From an uncultured Planctomycetaceae bacterium (GTDB taxonomy: Bacteria; Planctomycetota; Planctomycetia; Isosphaerales; Isosphaeraceae), in assembly GCA_963833985.1 (NCBI GenBank), contig CAWIAD010000002.1, positions 1,632,001 to 1,696,000 of the forward strand: a stretch of 64,000 bases of DNA, read 5' to 3'. The translations under genes and the position numbers were made by a program. The notes beneath the pieces are model-generated. The model had not been told where the DNA came from, searched no databases, and saw only the letters and a program-made list of their open reading frames with translations. Positions 1-10,234 of this stretch are shown here, in pieces. Within the stretch, counting starts at the first letter, position 1; each line of letters opens with the position of its first letter.

Positions 1-54
1 GATCCCGATCCCGGTGCCGGGCCCGGCCGCTGAGCCTCGAATCGGAGGTGAGCC

Positions 55-1050
55 ATGAGAGCCGCGCGTTCTTCCCGCCGGGGGTGCCCCGCGCGAGCCT
101 TCACGCTCATCGAGCTGCTGGTCGTGATCGCGATCATCGGCCTGCTGGTCGCCTTGCTGATCCCCGCGGTGCAGATGGCGCGCGAGGCGGCGCGAAGAGG
201 GTCGTGCCTGAGCAACCTGCGGCAGATCGGCCTGGCCCTTGCGAGCTACGAAGGCGTGCACCGGGTTTACCCCTTCGGTGATGGCGGCGGCGCGCCGGCC
301 GGTTTCTTGCCGCGCTGGTCGGCGCAGTCGCAACTGCTACCCTACCTGGAGCAGACCACCGTCTACAGCGCGCTCAACTTCAGCGGCCTGCCGTGGGCCC
401 ATCACCCGCTCTACGGCGCGCCCAACGCCACGGGGCTGCTCACGCAGGTGACGGTCTTCCTCTGCCCGTCCGACGTCGGGTCCATTGCCGACCAGGATGG
501 GACCTCATGCAACAACTACCGCGCCTGCGCCGGCACGCAACCGATCAACCTGATCAGCGACCCGGTGAAGAACACCGGCCAGAACGACGGTGCGTTCTGG
601 TTCCAGAGCGCGATCAAGATCTCGTCCATCAGCGACGGCACCAGCACGACGGCCGTCTTCAGCGAGCGCTGCCTGGGCAACAGCATGCAGCCGGACCCGC
701 TGAGCGACCTGTACGAGATCAGCCCGACGATGGCGAGCTGCGGGCAGGCCAGCCCGGTCACGACCCCGCGCTACGCGCACTCGCTGGAGTGGTCTGGCCA
801 GCGCTGGTCCGACGGCAACTCGTTTTACACGCGCTATCATCATTTTCTGCCGCCCCAGCAGCAAAGCTGCACTACCGGCGTGACCGATACCGAGGGCAAC
901 CTGGCCGAGGCCGCGACCAGCCGCCACCCCGGCGGCGTGAACGTGCTGACGGCCGACGGCTCGGTGCACTTCGTCAAGCAGTCGATCGCACCGGGGCCGT
1001 GGAAGGCGCTGGCGACGATTGCCGGCGGCGACCCCGCGAGCGTGGAGTAG
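55..1050 (+). CDS. DUF1559 family prepilin-type N-terminal cleavage/methylation protein
   Basis: [35 protein letters not shown]-terminus, FLCPSD, SDGTSTT, C-terminal [16 protein letters not shown] (H-X9-DG). Confidence 0.93.
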   Translation: MRAARSSRRGCPARAFTLIELLVVIAIIGLLVALLIPAVQMAREAARRGSCLSNLRQIGLALASYEGVHRVYPFGDGGGAPAGFLPRWSAQSQLLPYLEQTTVYSALNFSGLPWAHHPLYGAPNATGLLTQVTVFLCPSDVGSIADQDGTSCNNYRACAGTQPINLISDPVKNTGQNDGAFWFQSAIKISSISDGTSTTAVFSERCLGNSMQPDPLSDLYEISPTMASCGQASPVTTPRYAHSLEWSGQRWSDGNSFYTRYHHFLPPQQQSCTTGVTDTEGNLAEAATSRHPGGVNVLTADGSVHFVKQSIAPGPWKALATIAGGDPASVE

Positions 1051-1053
1051 CCG

Positions 1054-1897
1054 ATGTTCAAGCAGCGTCGTCGCGTCATCCGGCCGCTGGTCTTGCTTCG
1101 CTGCGCGATCGCGGCCGGGGTGCTTGCTGCGCTCCAGTCCCCAGAGCGCGCCCTCGCCGATGACGCCACGGTGACGGAGGTCGAGGAGAGCTTCGCCGCG
1201 AAGGATTTCGACCACGCCCGCTGGTCGCTGTCCAACACGTCCGTGGCGGTGACGAAGACCGATTTCTCGCGGGGCGTGATGCGCCTGATCATTCCGCCCG
1301 GCTCGGAGATGCGGCCCCTCATCGGCCTGAGCAGCCGGTTCGGCCTGGAAGGGGACTTCGACGTCAGCGTGGACTATTCGCTGCGGTCGTTTCCGCAACC
1401 GGAGAAGGAGTGGATCAACCTGTCGATCTTCGTGGCGGGTGCCGATGGCATGGCGGCGATCTCGCGGACGAACGTCCACGGTTCCGGGCACGGCTACAGC
1501 CGCTGGTTTCAGCCCCCCGCCGACAGCAAGCGTCCGGTGCAGGCCAACGGTGTGAAGACGGACGACAAGACGGGAACGCTGCGGCTTGCGCGGGTGGGCA
1601 AGGAGACTCCAGTATTACGCGGGTCCGCGCGGGCAGACGCCGCGCCAGATGGGGTCCGTCGAGTTCGGCGACCGGCGGGTCGATACGCTGGCGTTCCAGG
1701 TCTTGCCCCAGGCGCTCGAAGCGCCGATTGACGTGGAGTTCGACAACATCAAGGTCAAGGCCGACCGCGTCACGGGCCTGGTGTACGTGCCGCCGGCGGA
1801 CTACGGCTACACGCCCTGGTTCATCACCGCGGCCGTTCTGGCCGTCCTCATCCTGGCGCTCTGGTGGTGGAGCCGCTCCAGGCGGAAGAACGACTGA
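1054..1897 (+). CDS. Secreted/membrane-anchored DUF1583-like protein, apparent frameshift near 1605
   Basis: Signal-like N-terminus, LEGDFDVSVDY and GTLRLARVG segments; continues in ORF 1586..1897, which ends in a TM helix plus basic tail. Confidence 0.6.
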
Positions 1898-1988
1898 GCT
1901 GACTGGAAAGACGCCTCGACCCGAGACGCGCCTTGCCGTACTCGCGGGGGCAGGGAAGACGTGTAGAGGGTTCCGGTCGAGCCTCGCC

Positions 1989-2762
1989 TCAGCGCACGGC
2001 TCCGCCGTTGATGCGGACGATCTGCCCCGTCACGAACGCCGCCTCCGGGCTGACGAGAAACCGCGCCACGCGCGCGACGTCCTCGGGCGTGCCCCAGCGG
2101 GCCAGGGGGGTCTCGCGGAGCACGCGCTTTTGCCAGGCGGATGAGGCGGACTGACCCCAGGCGGTCTGGATCCAGCCGGGTGCCAGCGCGTTCACGCGGA
2201 CCTCCGGCGCCAGGCTGAGAGCCAGGCTGCGCGTGAAAGCCATGATCGCGCCCTTGGTCGCGGCGAAGAGCTCGCCGGAGTCTCCCTCCATGCCGGTCTC
2301 GGCCTGGTCCCAGCCCATCGTCAGGATGGCGCCTTGGCCTTGCGCCTTCATCCGCCGGCCGACCTCGCGGCACAGACGGATGGTCGCGGCCACGTCGACG
2401 GCCCAGAGCAGATCGAGCTTGTCATCGAACGAGAGCCCCGCGTGCGCGCCGGTGAGCGTATCGGCACCGGCAAACTGGAGCCAGGCGTCCAGGCCGTTCC
2501 AGACGCTCCAGGCCTCTGCGACCAGGCGGTCGCCCGCGGCGCGGTCGGCCAGGTCGGCCATGAGGACTTCCGAGCGGACGCCGCGCGATTGCAGCTCCCG
2601 CGCGAGTGTCTCGGCAGACTCGATGGACCGGTGGCCGTGAACGATGACATGGACGCCGGCCTCGGCCAGGGCCATGGCCACCGCCCGGCCGATGCCCGAG
2701 GTGGAGCCCAGCACCGCGGCCCGCAGTCCACGCAACGACGCCGATGCTGCTTCCTGGGTCAT
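1989..2762 (-). CDS. Atypical SDR family oxidoreductase
   Basis: GSTSGIG Rossmann motif, VRVNALAPGWI, TPLARWGTPEDVA, VTGQIVRINGG; FAATK in place of YxxxK. Confidence 0.88.
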   Translation of the reverse strand: MTQEAASASLRGLRAAVLGSTSGIGRAVAMALAEAGVHVIVHGHRSIESAETLARELQSRGVRSEVLMADLADRAAGDRLVAEAWSVWNGLDAWLQFAGADTLTGAHAGLSFDDKLDLLWAVDVAATIRLCREVGRRMKAQGQGAILTMGWDQAETGMEGDSGELFAATKGAIMAFTRSLALSLAPEVRVNALAPGWIQTAWGQSASSAWQKRVLRETPLARWGTPEDVARVARFLVSPEAAFVTGQIVRINGGAVR

Positions 2763-2874
2763 GGTCCGTGCCACGTGCACAAGGGGCTGAACGGACTGGC
2801 CCCGCGCCGTCCGCCTGGCATACAGTGATCCTCGTTCACGCTAACCGGGATGGAATGAAGACGGCAAGCAGAGA

Positions 2875-4082
2875 GTGCTCATGATAAGGTTCCTCGCGCG
2901 AGTGGGCCGTGTCGCCGGCTGGCTGAAAACGGCATGGCTGATCCTGGGCGTGACGCTCGTGCTCGTCGTGTTGCTGGAGCTGGCGCTCCGCGGGGCCTTC
3001 TGGCTGAAGGACCGCGGCAGACCGCAGGTTCCTCCGGACCCGCTCGTGCTCGCGGCGATCCCCGACAGCAGGCTCTGGTTGCCGGTCCATTACCAGGAGC
3101 TGGCGGACCTTTCCGACCGCTGGCAGCCCTACGTGTATTTTCGCCAGCGCCCCTTCCTGGGCAAGACGATCACCGTTCAGGACGACGGCACGCGCGCGAC
3201 CTGGCAACCGCCGCCCCTTGCCGGCGCCGGGGCCGGCGGCAAGCCGCTGAAGATCCTCATGCTCGGCGGCTCATCGCTCTGGGGCTACGGTGCCAGGGAT
3301 GATGAGACGATTCCCTCGCTGGTTGGCGCGGGCTGCACGAACGGGGCGTCCGCGCCGAGGTCAGGAACCTCGCGGAGATCGGTTATGTGAACACACAAGA
3401 GATGATCGCACTTGTGCGGGAATTGCAGCAGGGCTACCGCCCGGACCTCGTGCTCTTCTACGATGGCGTCAACGACACGACCTCCGCACTGCTCGAGCGG
3501 CAGCCCACGGTGACGACCAACGAGCGGAACCGGGTGCGCGAGTTCAACATCCTCCAGTCGCCCCGGCGGCTGGCGTCGGCCCTGGCCGGAAACGTGATCC
3601 GGAGCTCCGCCCTGTACCGGTTCGCCCGGTCGCTCGGTCGGCGGTCGGCCCTGGCGCAGGATTGGGGAATCGGGGCGGCCGGCGAGACGAACCTGGACGG
3701 CCTGGCCATGGGGGTCGTCGATGGCTACGCGGCCAACGTGCGGCTCTTGGAGGTACTGGGCAAGTCGTACGGGTTCCGCTCCCTGTTCGTCTGGCAACCG
3801 GACATCTTCACGAAGCCGAAGCTGGTGCCGTTCGAGACGGCGGAGGAGGCGAAGTACGGCTGGGCCAGCGCGATCTTCGCGGAAGTGCACGAGCAGATCG
3901 AGAATGCCAAGGAGCTTCGTACCAACCCACGTTTCATGAACCTGAGCGGGATCTTCGCCGACTCCGAGACCCTGGAGTTCCTCGACTTCTGCCATACGAC
4001 GGAAGCGGCGAACGCGAGGATCGCCGCAGTGCTGGCCGCGCGGCTGGTCGAGATCGCCAGGACCAGCACGGCGGCTAATTAG
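2875..4082 (+). CDS. Membrane-anchored SGNH/GDSL hydrolase, apparent frameshift near 3320
   Basis: N-terminal TM, MLGGSSLWG block I, FYDGVND block III, DFCH block V, split over ORFs 2875..3390 and 3387..4082. Confidence 0.8.
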
Positions 4083-4180
4083 CTCCCCGTAAGAGGGAAA
4101 GTGTGGAACGGCCGCCCTCGGCCGTCCTGAGCCAGCCGAGGGCGGCTGGCCCACATTCCAAGAGGCGAGGATCTGTTTAG
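4075..4180. repeat. 106-bp MITE/REP-like element, copy 1
   Basis: 104/106 identical to 20854..20959; imperfect terminal IR CTAATTAGCTCC / GGATCTGTTTAG; internal hairpin GCCGCCCTCGGC...GCCGAGGGCGGC. Confidence 0.9.
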
Positions 4181-4210
4181 TCCGGAAAACTGAGGCATCC
4201 CGTCGCTGGT

Positions 4211-4239
4211 TTGACACGTCCGGGACCCTCTGGGAGAAT
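4211..4239 (+). promoter_or_regulatory. Putative sigma70 promoter of the fhc operon
   Basis: TTGACA-17 bp-GAGAAT with extended TG, about 70 bp upstream of fhcB. Confidence 0.55.
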
Positions 4240-4311
4240 CACGGTCGATCGGGGCGACCGCGGGATCGCCAGGCGAGCCGTCCCGAGCCGCCAGGATTTG
4301 CGAGTCCCGCC

Positions 4312-5676
4312 ATGATGAGCGACCAGGAACCGTCCGGCGAGGTGGATCGCGTACTCGCAGCGCCCGTCGTCGTCGACGACGCCTTCACCTGCCTGGCCTG
4401 CGGCTGCCTGTGCGACGATCTGCGCGTGGTCGCGGAGGGAGAGCGCATCACGGAAGCGGGCAACGCGTGCGCGCTCGGAATGGAGTGGCTGCTGCGGGAC
4501 CGGACCTGGAAACCCGGCGCACCCACCGCCTGGATCGGAGCACATCCGGCCGCGGAGGCAGAAGCCGCGGCGCACGCGGCGCAGTTGCTGCTGAAGGCGA
4601 AGGCGCCCGTCATCCTCGGGCTGGGGCGGTCGACGAACGAGACCGTGGCGGCCGCACTGGCGCTGGCCGATCGGGTCGGGGCAAGCATCGAGCCGGACGG
4701 AGGGCTTGCCTCCGAAGCGCGGATCATTGCGTTCCAGCGTGCCGGCAGGGTCTCCGCCACGCTGGGCGAGGTGAAGAACCGGGCCGATGTCGTCGTCTTC
4801 TGGGGCACCGATCCGCTGACCACTCATCCGCGACACTGGGACCGGTACTCGGTGGAACCGCGCGGACGATTCGTTCCAGAGGGCCGGGCCGGCCGGTCGG
4901 TCATCGTCGTTGATCAGGCACGAACCACCACGGCGGAGCGTGCCGATCACTTTCTTCAGATTGACGCCGGCCGCCAGTTCCAGGTTCTCTGGACACTGCG
5001 CGCGCTGGGGCGTGGCGCGGCGCTGGACGAGGCGCGCGTCCGCGCGCACACCGGGCTCGATCGCGCTGTTCTGGACGAGCTTGTCAGCCGGCTCAAGACC
5101 GCGCGTTATGGCGCCTTCTTTCACGGGCCGATGCTGGCTTCGGGCACGCTCTCCGAGGCGACGGCCAATCTCGAAGCCGCACACGGGCTGGTCCGCGACC
5201 TGAACCACGGGCGGCGGTTCGTGATTCTGGGCATGGGTGAGCCCGGCAACTTGCCCGGGGCCGAGGCCGTTTCAACCTGGCAGACAGGATTTCCGTCGAA
5301 CATTGACTACTCGGCCGGCTCTCCCAGGTCGCTGCCGGGCGTGACCGATGCCGGCCGGCGGCTCGCGTGGGGACAGGCTGACCTGGCGGTCATCGTGGGT
5401 GGGCTGTCGCCCGGGCAGCTCGAAGCCGAGGCCCGCGCCGGTTTGCCGTCGGTTCCGTTGATCGTGATCGCACCCCCGGAGGATGCTGGCTGGCCCGCGG
5501 AGGCGGCCGCCGTCCGGTGCTTCGCGGCGGCGCCGGGAGTGGAGGAAGCGGGAACGGTCACGCGGGTGGACGGGGTCTCGCTGCCACTGCGGCCGGTCCT
5601 CACGACGAGCTTGCCCTCGGTACGGGCCTGGCTCGAGGCGATCAGGGAGCGCATTGACCTCCTGAGAAGCGAGTGA
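4312..5676 (+). CDS. fhcB: Formyltransferase/hydrolase complex subunit B (FwdB-like)
   Basis: CLACGCLCDDL, ATLGEVKNRADVVVFWG, HPRH, GTVTRVDGVSLPL; first gene of the B-A-D-C cluster. Confidence 0.92.
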   Translation: MMSDQEPSGEVDRVLAAPVVVDDAFTCLACGCLCDDLRVVAEGERITEAGNACALGMEWLLRDRTWKPGAPTAWIGAHPAAEAEAAAHAAQLLLKAKAPVILGLGRSTNETVAAALALADRVGASIEPDGGLASEARIIAFQRAGRVSATLGEVKNRADVVVFWGTDPLTTHPRHWDRYSVEPRGRFVPEGRAGRSVIVVDQARTTTAERADHFLQIDAGRQFQVLWTLRALGRGAALDEARVRAHTGLDRAVLDELVSRLKTARYGAFFHGPMLASGTLSEATANLEAAHGLVRDLNHGRRFVILGMGEPGNLPGAEAVSTWQTGFPSNIDYSAGSPRSLPGVTDAGRRLAWGQADLAVIVGGLSPGQLEAEARAGLPSVPLIVIAPPEDAGWPAEAAAVRCFAAAPGVEEAGTVTRVDGVSLPLRPVLTTSLPSVRAWLEAIRERIDLLRSE

Positions 5677-5681
5677 TCGCG

Positions 5682-7361
5682 ATGCCAATGTTGCACATCG
5701 CCGGCGGACGCGTGATTGACCCGGAGAACGGCGTCGACGGGGTTCGCGACATCTGGATCGAGGATGGCCGCGTGATCCCGGCGCCTGCCGATCCCGGCAC
5801 GAAGGCTGACCGCATCATCGACGCGCGCGGCTACGTGGTGATGCCCGGCGGCGTGGACGTCCATTCGCACATCGCGGGTGCCAAGGTCAACGGCGCGCGG
5901 ATGCTCCGTCCCGAGGAACGGCGTACCCCTGATGCCGCCTGGCCGCGCAGGGAGGGCTTCCGCTCTGGGACCTGCGGCAGCGTCCCCAGCAGCTTCGTGA
6001 CGGGCTACCAGTATGCCGCGATGGGCTACACGACCGCGGCCGATGCGGCCATCCCGCCGCTGGGTGCGCGCCAGGCCCATGCCGAGTTCCGCGACACGCC
6101 GCTCATTGATAAGCTGATGCTCATATTGATGGGAAACCATCATGCCATCCTGGACCGGGTGGCAGCCGGCGATCCCGAGCGGCTGCGGCAGACGGTGGCG
6201 TGGCTGCTGCGCGCGACGAGGGGATTCGGCGTCAAGGTTGTCAATCCGGGCGGCGTGGAGCAGTGGAAGCAGGGCGGAACGCGGCTGGCGGCCTGGGACG
6301 ACACGGTCGACCACTTCGGCGTCACCCCGCGGCAGATTGCCGCCGGCCTTGCCCGCGCCGTCGATGAGCTGGCGCTGCCGCATCCGGTGCACCTGCACGG
6401 CATGAACCTGGGCGTGCCGGGCAACTGGGAGACGACGCTCGAGGGGATGCGGGCGCTCGACGGCCACCGCGCGCACCTGGCGCACGTCCAGTTCCACAGC
6501 TACGGCGGCACGGCCGATCAGACGGGTGAGTTCGGATCGATGGTCGGCCCGCTGGCCGACTACCTGAACGCGCACGCTGGGCTGACCGTGGACGTCGGCC
6601 AGGTGCTCTTCGGTGAGACCACCAGCATGACGGCCGACGGCCGCGTGGGCCAGTACCTGGCCGATCTCACCGGGCGGAAGTGGCTGAGCCTCGACGTGGA
6701 GCAGGAGGACGGGTGCGGCGTGGTGCCGATCACTTATGACAGCCGGAACCAGGTGCATGCGCTCCAGTGGGCGATTGGACTGGAGTGGTTCCTCAGGGTC
6801 GACGATCCCTGGCGGATCTGCCTGTCCACGGATCATCCGAACGGGGGATCGTTCCTGGCGTATCCCCTGATCATGGCCTTGCTCATGGACCGCGGGCTGC
6901 GGGCCGAAGTGATGTCCACGCTGCCGCAGGCGGTGCAAGAACGTTGCGGCCTGCGCGATCTGGCTCGCGAGTACAGCCTCTCCGAGATCGCGGTCATCAC
7001 CCGGGCCGCACCGGCGCGCATCCTGGGGCTGGAACGGAAGGGCCATCTCGGCCCCGGCGCTGATGCCGATGTGACGGTCTACGCCCCGGATGACGACCGG
7101 CGGCGGATGTTCGCCCTGCCGCGCTACGTGATCAAGGCCGGCGCGGTGGTGGTGGACGACGGTGAGCTGAGATCCTCGCCGCTGGGCGCCACGCTGGTCG
7201 TGGAACCGGAGGTCGATGCGACCGCGTCCGCGGAGCTCGACGCCTGGCTGGCCCGCGAGGCCTCCGTGCATCCGCGGAACTTCGCGATCGGGCCCGGCGA
7301 GGTGAGCCAGCCGCGGACAATCGGCGCCCGGACCGGTGGCCAGACGCAAGCGTCCACTTGA
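5682..7361 (+). CDS. fhcA: Formyltransferase/hydrolase complex subunit A (amidohydrolase, FwdA-like)
   Basis: DVHSHIAG, GVKVVNPGG, HPVHLH, HVQFHSYG, QWAIGLE, STDHPNGG. Confidence 0.95.
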   Translation: MPMLHIAGGRVIDPENGVDGVRDIWIEDGRVIPAPADPGTKADRIIDARGYVVMPGGVDVHSHIAGAKVNGARMLRPEERRTPDAAWPRREGFRSGTCGSVPSSFVTGYQYAAMGYTTAADAAIPPLGARQAHAEFRDTPLIDKLMLILMGNHHAILDRVAAGDPERLRQTVAWLLRATRGFGVKVVNPGGVEQWKQGGTRLAAWDDTVDHFGVTPRQIAAGLARAVDELALPHPVHLHGMNLGVPGNWETTLEGMRALDGHRAHLAHVQFHSYGGTADQTGEFGSMVGPLADYLNAHAGLTVDVGQVLFGETTSMTADGRVGQYLADLTGRKWLSLDVEQEDGCGVVPITYDSRNQVHALQWAIGLEWFLRVDDPWRICLSTDHPNGGSFLAYPLIMALLMDRGLRAEVMSTLPQAVQERCGLRDLAREYSLSEIAVITRAAPARILGLERKGHLGPGADADVTVYAPDDDRRRMFALPRYVIKAGAVVVDDGELRSSPLGATLVVEPEVDATASAELDAWLAREASVHPRNFAIGPGEVSQPRTIGARTGGQTQAST

Positions 7362-7399
7362 TTGCAGGGGCGGACGCCGCGGATCGATAGGAATGAACC

Positions 7400-8344
7400 A
7401 TGCAGCTTGACGGCGTGACGATTGTGGATACGTTTGCCGAGGCATTTCCGATGACCGCGGCGCGGGCGATCGTCACGGCGGATTCCGCGGCCTGGGCGGA
7501 GATCGCCGGCCGGACCATGAGCGGCTACGCGACGAGCGTGATCGCCTGCGACGCCGAGGCGGCGATCGAGCGCGTGCTCCGCGAGGAGGAAACGCCGGAC
7601 GGCCGGCCCGGCGTGAGCGTTCTGCTCTTTGCCTTCAACCGCGAGGCACTCGAAAAAGCGCTGGTGAACCGGGTGGGCCAGTGCGTGATGACCTGCCCCA
7701 CGACCGCGTGTTACAACGGTTTGCCGATCTCGGAGAAGACGATCAACGTCGGCGGCCGCCTGCGCTATTTCGGCGACGGCTGGCAGATCTCCAAGCGGCT
7801 GGCCGGTCGGCGGTACTGGCGCGTGCCGGTGATGGACGGCGAGTTCACCTGCGAGGAAACCTTCGGCACAACCAAGGGCGTGGCCGGCGGCAACCTGATC
7901 CTCATGGGAACCGATGCCGCGCAGACCCTCGCCGCAACCGAGACGGCCGTGCGCGCGATGCGCGCGGTACGCGGGGTGATCTTGCCGTTTCCCGGGGGCA
8001 TTGCGCGGTCGGGCTCGAAGGTGGGCAGCAAGTACAAGGCCTTGCGGGCGAGCACGAACACGGCTTTCGCGCCCACGCTGCGCGGGCTGGTGACGAGTGA
8101 GATGCCGGCGGAGGTGCGGTGCGTTTACGAGATCGTCATCGACGGGCTCTCGCTCGACGGCGTCGAGCAGGCCACGGCGGCTGGCATTCGCGCCGGGGCA
8201 AAGGGCGCGAAAGGTATCGTGGCGATCACCGCGGGAAACTACGGGGGCAAGCTGGGCCCGTTCCACATCCGCCTGCACGATGTGCTGACGCGGCATGGAG
8301 CAGGCAGCGCACCGACGCTGTTCGAGACCCCGGAAAGGATGTGA
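7400..8344 (+). CDS. fhcD: Formylmethanofuran-H4MPT formyltransferase
   Basis: IVDTFAEAF, ETPDGRPG, RVGQCVMTCPTT, RSGSKVGSKY, AGNYGGKLG. Confidence 0.96.
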   Translation: MQLDGVTIVDTFAEAFPMTAARAIVTADSAAWAEIAGRTMSGYATSVIACDAEAAIERVLREEETPDGRPGVSVLLFAFNREALEKALVNRVGQCVMTCPTTACYNGLPISEKTINVGGRLRYFGDGWQISKRLAGRRYWRVPVMDGEFTCEETFGTTKGVAGGNLILMGTDAAQTLAATETAVRAMRAVRGVILPFPGGIARSGSKVGSKYKALRASTNTAFAPTLRGLVTSEMPAEVRCVYEIVIDGLSLDGVEQATAAGIRAGAKGAKGIVAITAGNYGGKLGPFHIRLHDVLTRHGAGSAPTLFETPERM

Positions 8345-8348
8345 CGCG

Positions 8349-9182
8349 ATGCCGCTCGTTCTCAAATGGCGTGGCGCGACGGTGCTGCCGGTGGATGGAT
8401 CGGGCCTCTCTCCCGAGAGCTGCCGCGACCGTGCGCCGGACGAGGTGAAGCGCAGGCGTCTGCCGCTGGGCAACACCAGCGTGGAACTGGGCGAGCTGTT
8501 TCAGGTCGCGGGAACGAAGGGCGACGAGGAGCTCGTGGTCGAAGGCGACGTACGCCGCGTGCACGATCTGGGGTGCCGGATGGGGTTGGGACTCCTGCGT
8601 GTTCACGGTGACGCCGGGCCGCAACTCGGGGCCGGAATGACGGGGGGAACCATCATCGTGACTGGCTCCGTGGGAGACTGGGCCGGGGCGGAGATGGGCG
8701 GAGGGAAGCTGTCGATCCGTGGCGACGCCGGCGCGTTCCTTGGCGCGGCGTACCCGGGCAGCCGGCGGGGGATGCGCGAGGGAGTGATCCTGGTGGACGG
8801 ATCCGTGGGCGACGATGCGGGGCTCCAGATGCGCCGGGGTCTGATCGCCATCCGCGGTTCGGCCGGCGGAGGTGTGGGGCGGTCGATGATCGCGGGCACG
8901 ATCGTGGTGCTGGGGCCGGCCGGGCCGCGCCTCGGTGCGGGAATGAAGCGCGGCACTCTGGTCCTGCCCGGGCTGGAAGGCCCGCCCGAGGAGCACATTC
9001 TGCCCACGTTCGCATATGCCGGCCGGTTCCCCTGTCCCTTTCTGGCAATCTATTGCCGACAGCTTGCCGCCTGGGGATTCGCAGTGCCCGCACAGGTTCC
9101 GCTGGCCACGCTGGACCGCTACAATGGAGACCTGGCAACCGGCGGAAGGGGAGAGATCCTGGCCGGGCACGGCCTGAAATGA
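8349..9182 (+). CDS. fhcC: Formyltransferase/hydrolase complex subunit C (GXGXG beta-helix)
   Basis: Repeated GAGMTGG / GAEMGGG / GMREG / GAGMKRGTL motifs. Confidence 0.93.
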   Translation: MPLVLKWRGATVLPVDGSGLSPESCRDRAPDEVKRRRLPLGNTSVELGELFQVAGTKGDEELVVEGDVRRVHDLGCRMGLGLLRVHGDAGPQLGAGMTGGTIIVTGSVGDWAGAEMGGGKLSIRGDAGAFLGAAYPGSRRGMREGVILVDGSVGDDAGLQMRRGLIAIRGSAGGGVGRSMIAGTIVVLGPAGPRLGAGMKRGTLVLPGLEGPPEEHILPTFAYAGRFPCPFLAIYCRQLAAWGFAVPAQVPLATLDRYNGDLATGGRGEILAGHGLK

Positions 9183-9209
9183 GGCACGACCGAGAGGGGG
9201 GCCGGTACG

Positions 9210-10160
9210 ATGACGATGTCCATGAACCGTCGCGCCCTCTGGCTGGTCGAGGCGCTGCTGGCTCACGGGCACGAGCGGCGGGCGATCCTGCACCTCATCG
9301 AAGGAGGGGGAAGGTACATTGATTGCGGGATCGAAGCCCGTGGGGGGCTGCACGTGGGGATGGACCTGGCCCGGATCTGCCTGGGTGACCTGGCCACGGT
9401 GAGCATTGTTCCCGGCGAGGTCGCGGCACGGCCCGTGCCCGTGGTGCAGGTGGTCACCGACCATCCAGTCCAGGCCTGTCTCGCCGGGCAGTATGCCGGC
9501 TGGGCCATCAGCGAGGGCAAGTACTTCGCCATGGGTTCCGGTCCCATGCGGGCGGTGCGGGGAAAGGAACCGATCTACGATGTGATCGGCTTCCGCGAAA
9601 CCGAAAATGCCGTGGTCGGCGTGCTGGAGACCCGCAAGGCGCCAACACCCGACGTGGTGGCGGCCGTGGCGAAGGAGTGCCGTGTGCTGTCCTCGGCGGT
9701 GACGCTGCTGGCCGCGCCCACGGCCAGCCTGGCCGGCGGCGTGCAGGTGGTGGCGCGCTCGGTCGAGACTGCACTGCACAAGCTGGCGGAGCTGAAGTTC
9801 GACCTGGGACGGATTCATTCCGCGCACGGCACGGCGCCATTGCCACCCGTGGCCGCCGATGACCTCGCCGCCATAGGCCGGACCAACGACGCGGTGCTCT
9901 ACGGGGCCCGCGTGGTCCTCTTCGTCACGGGCGACGACGCCAGCCTGGAGGAAGTTGGACCGCGGGTCCCGTCGTCTTCCTCCAGGGATCACGGTGAGCC
10001 GTTCGCGGCGATCTTCGAGCGCTATAATCATGATTTCTACGCCGTCGATCCTCTCCTCTTCAGCCCCGCCGAGGTGGTCTTCCAGAACCTGGAAACCGGT
10101 CGCAGCCATGCCTTCGGATCGCTGGAGCCCGAGGTGCTGCGGCAGTCCTTCTGGAATTGA
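9210..10160 (+). CDS. mch: Methenyl-H4MPT cyclohydrolase
   Basis: ACLAGQYAGW, AMGSGPMRA, QVVARSVETALHK, GRTNDAVLYG, FYAVDPLLFSPA. Confidence 0.96.
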   Translation: MTMSMNRRALWLVEALLAHGHERRAILHLIEGGGRYIDCGIEARGGLHVGMDLARICLGDLATVSIVPGEVAARPVPVVQVVTDHPVQACLAGQYAGWAISEGKYFAMGSGPMRAVRGKEPIYDVIGFRETENAVVGVLETRKAPTPDVVAAVAKECRVLSSAVTLLAAPTASLAGGVQVVARSVETALHKLAELKFDLGRIHSAHGTAPLPPVAADDLAAIGRTNDAVLYGARVVLFVTGDDASLEEVGPRVPSSSSRDHGEPFAAIFERYNHDFYAVDPLLFSPAEVVFQNLETGRSHAFGSLEPEVLRQSFWN

Positions 10161-10234
10161 CCGCTCCGGCGGCCATGCCCTGGTTTGAATGACGACGTGA
10201 GATGAGCTGAGCCCTCGCCGGACCGGTATCGCCG

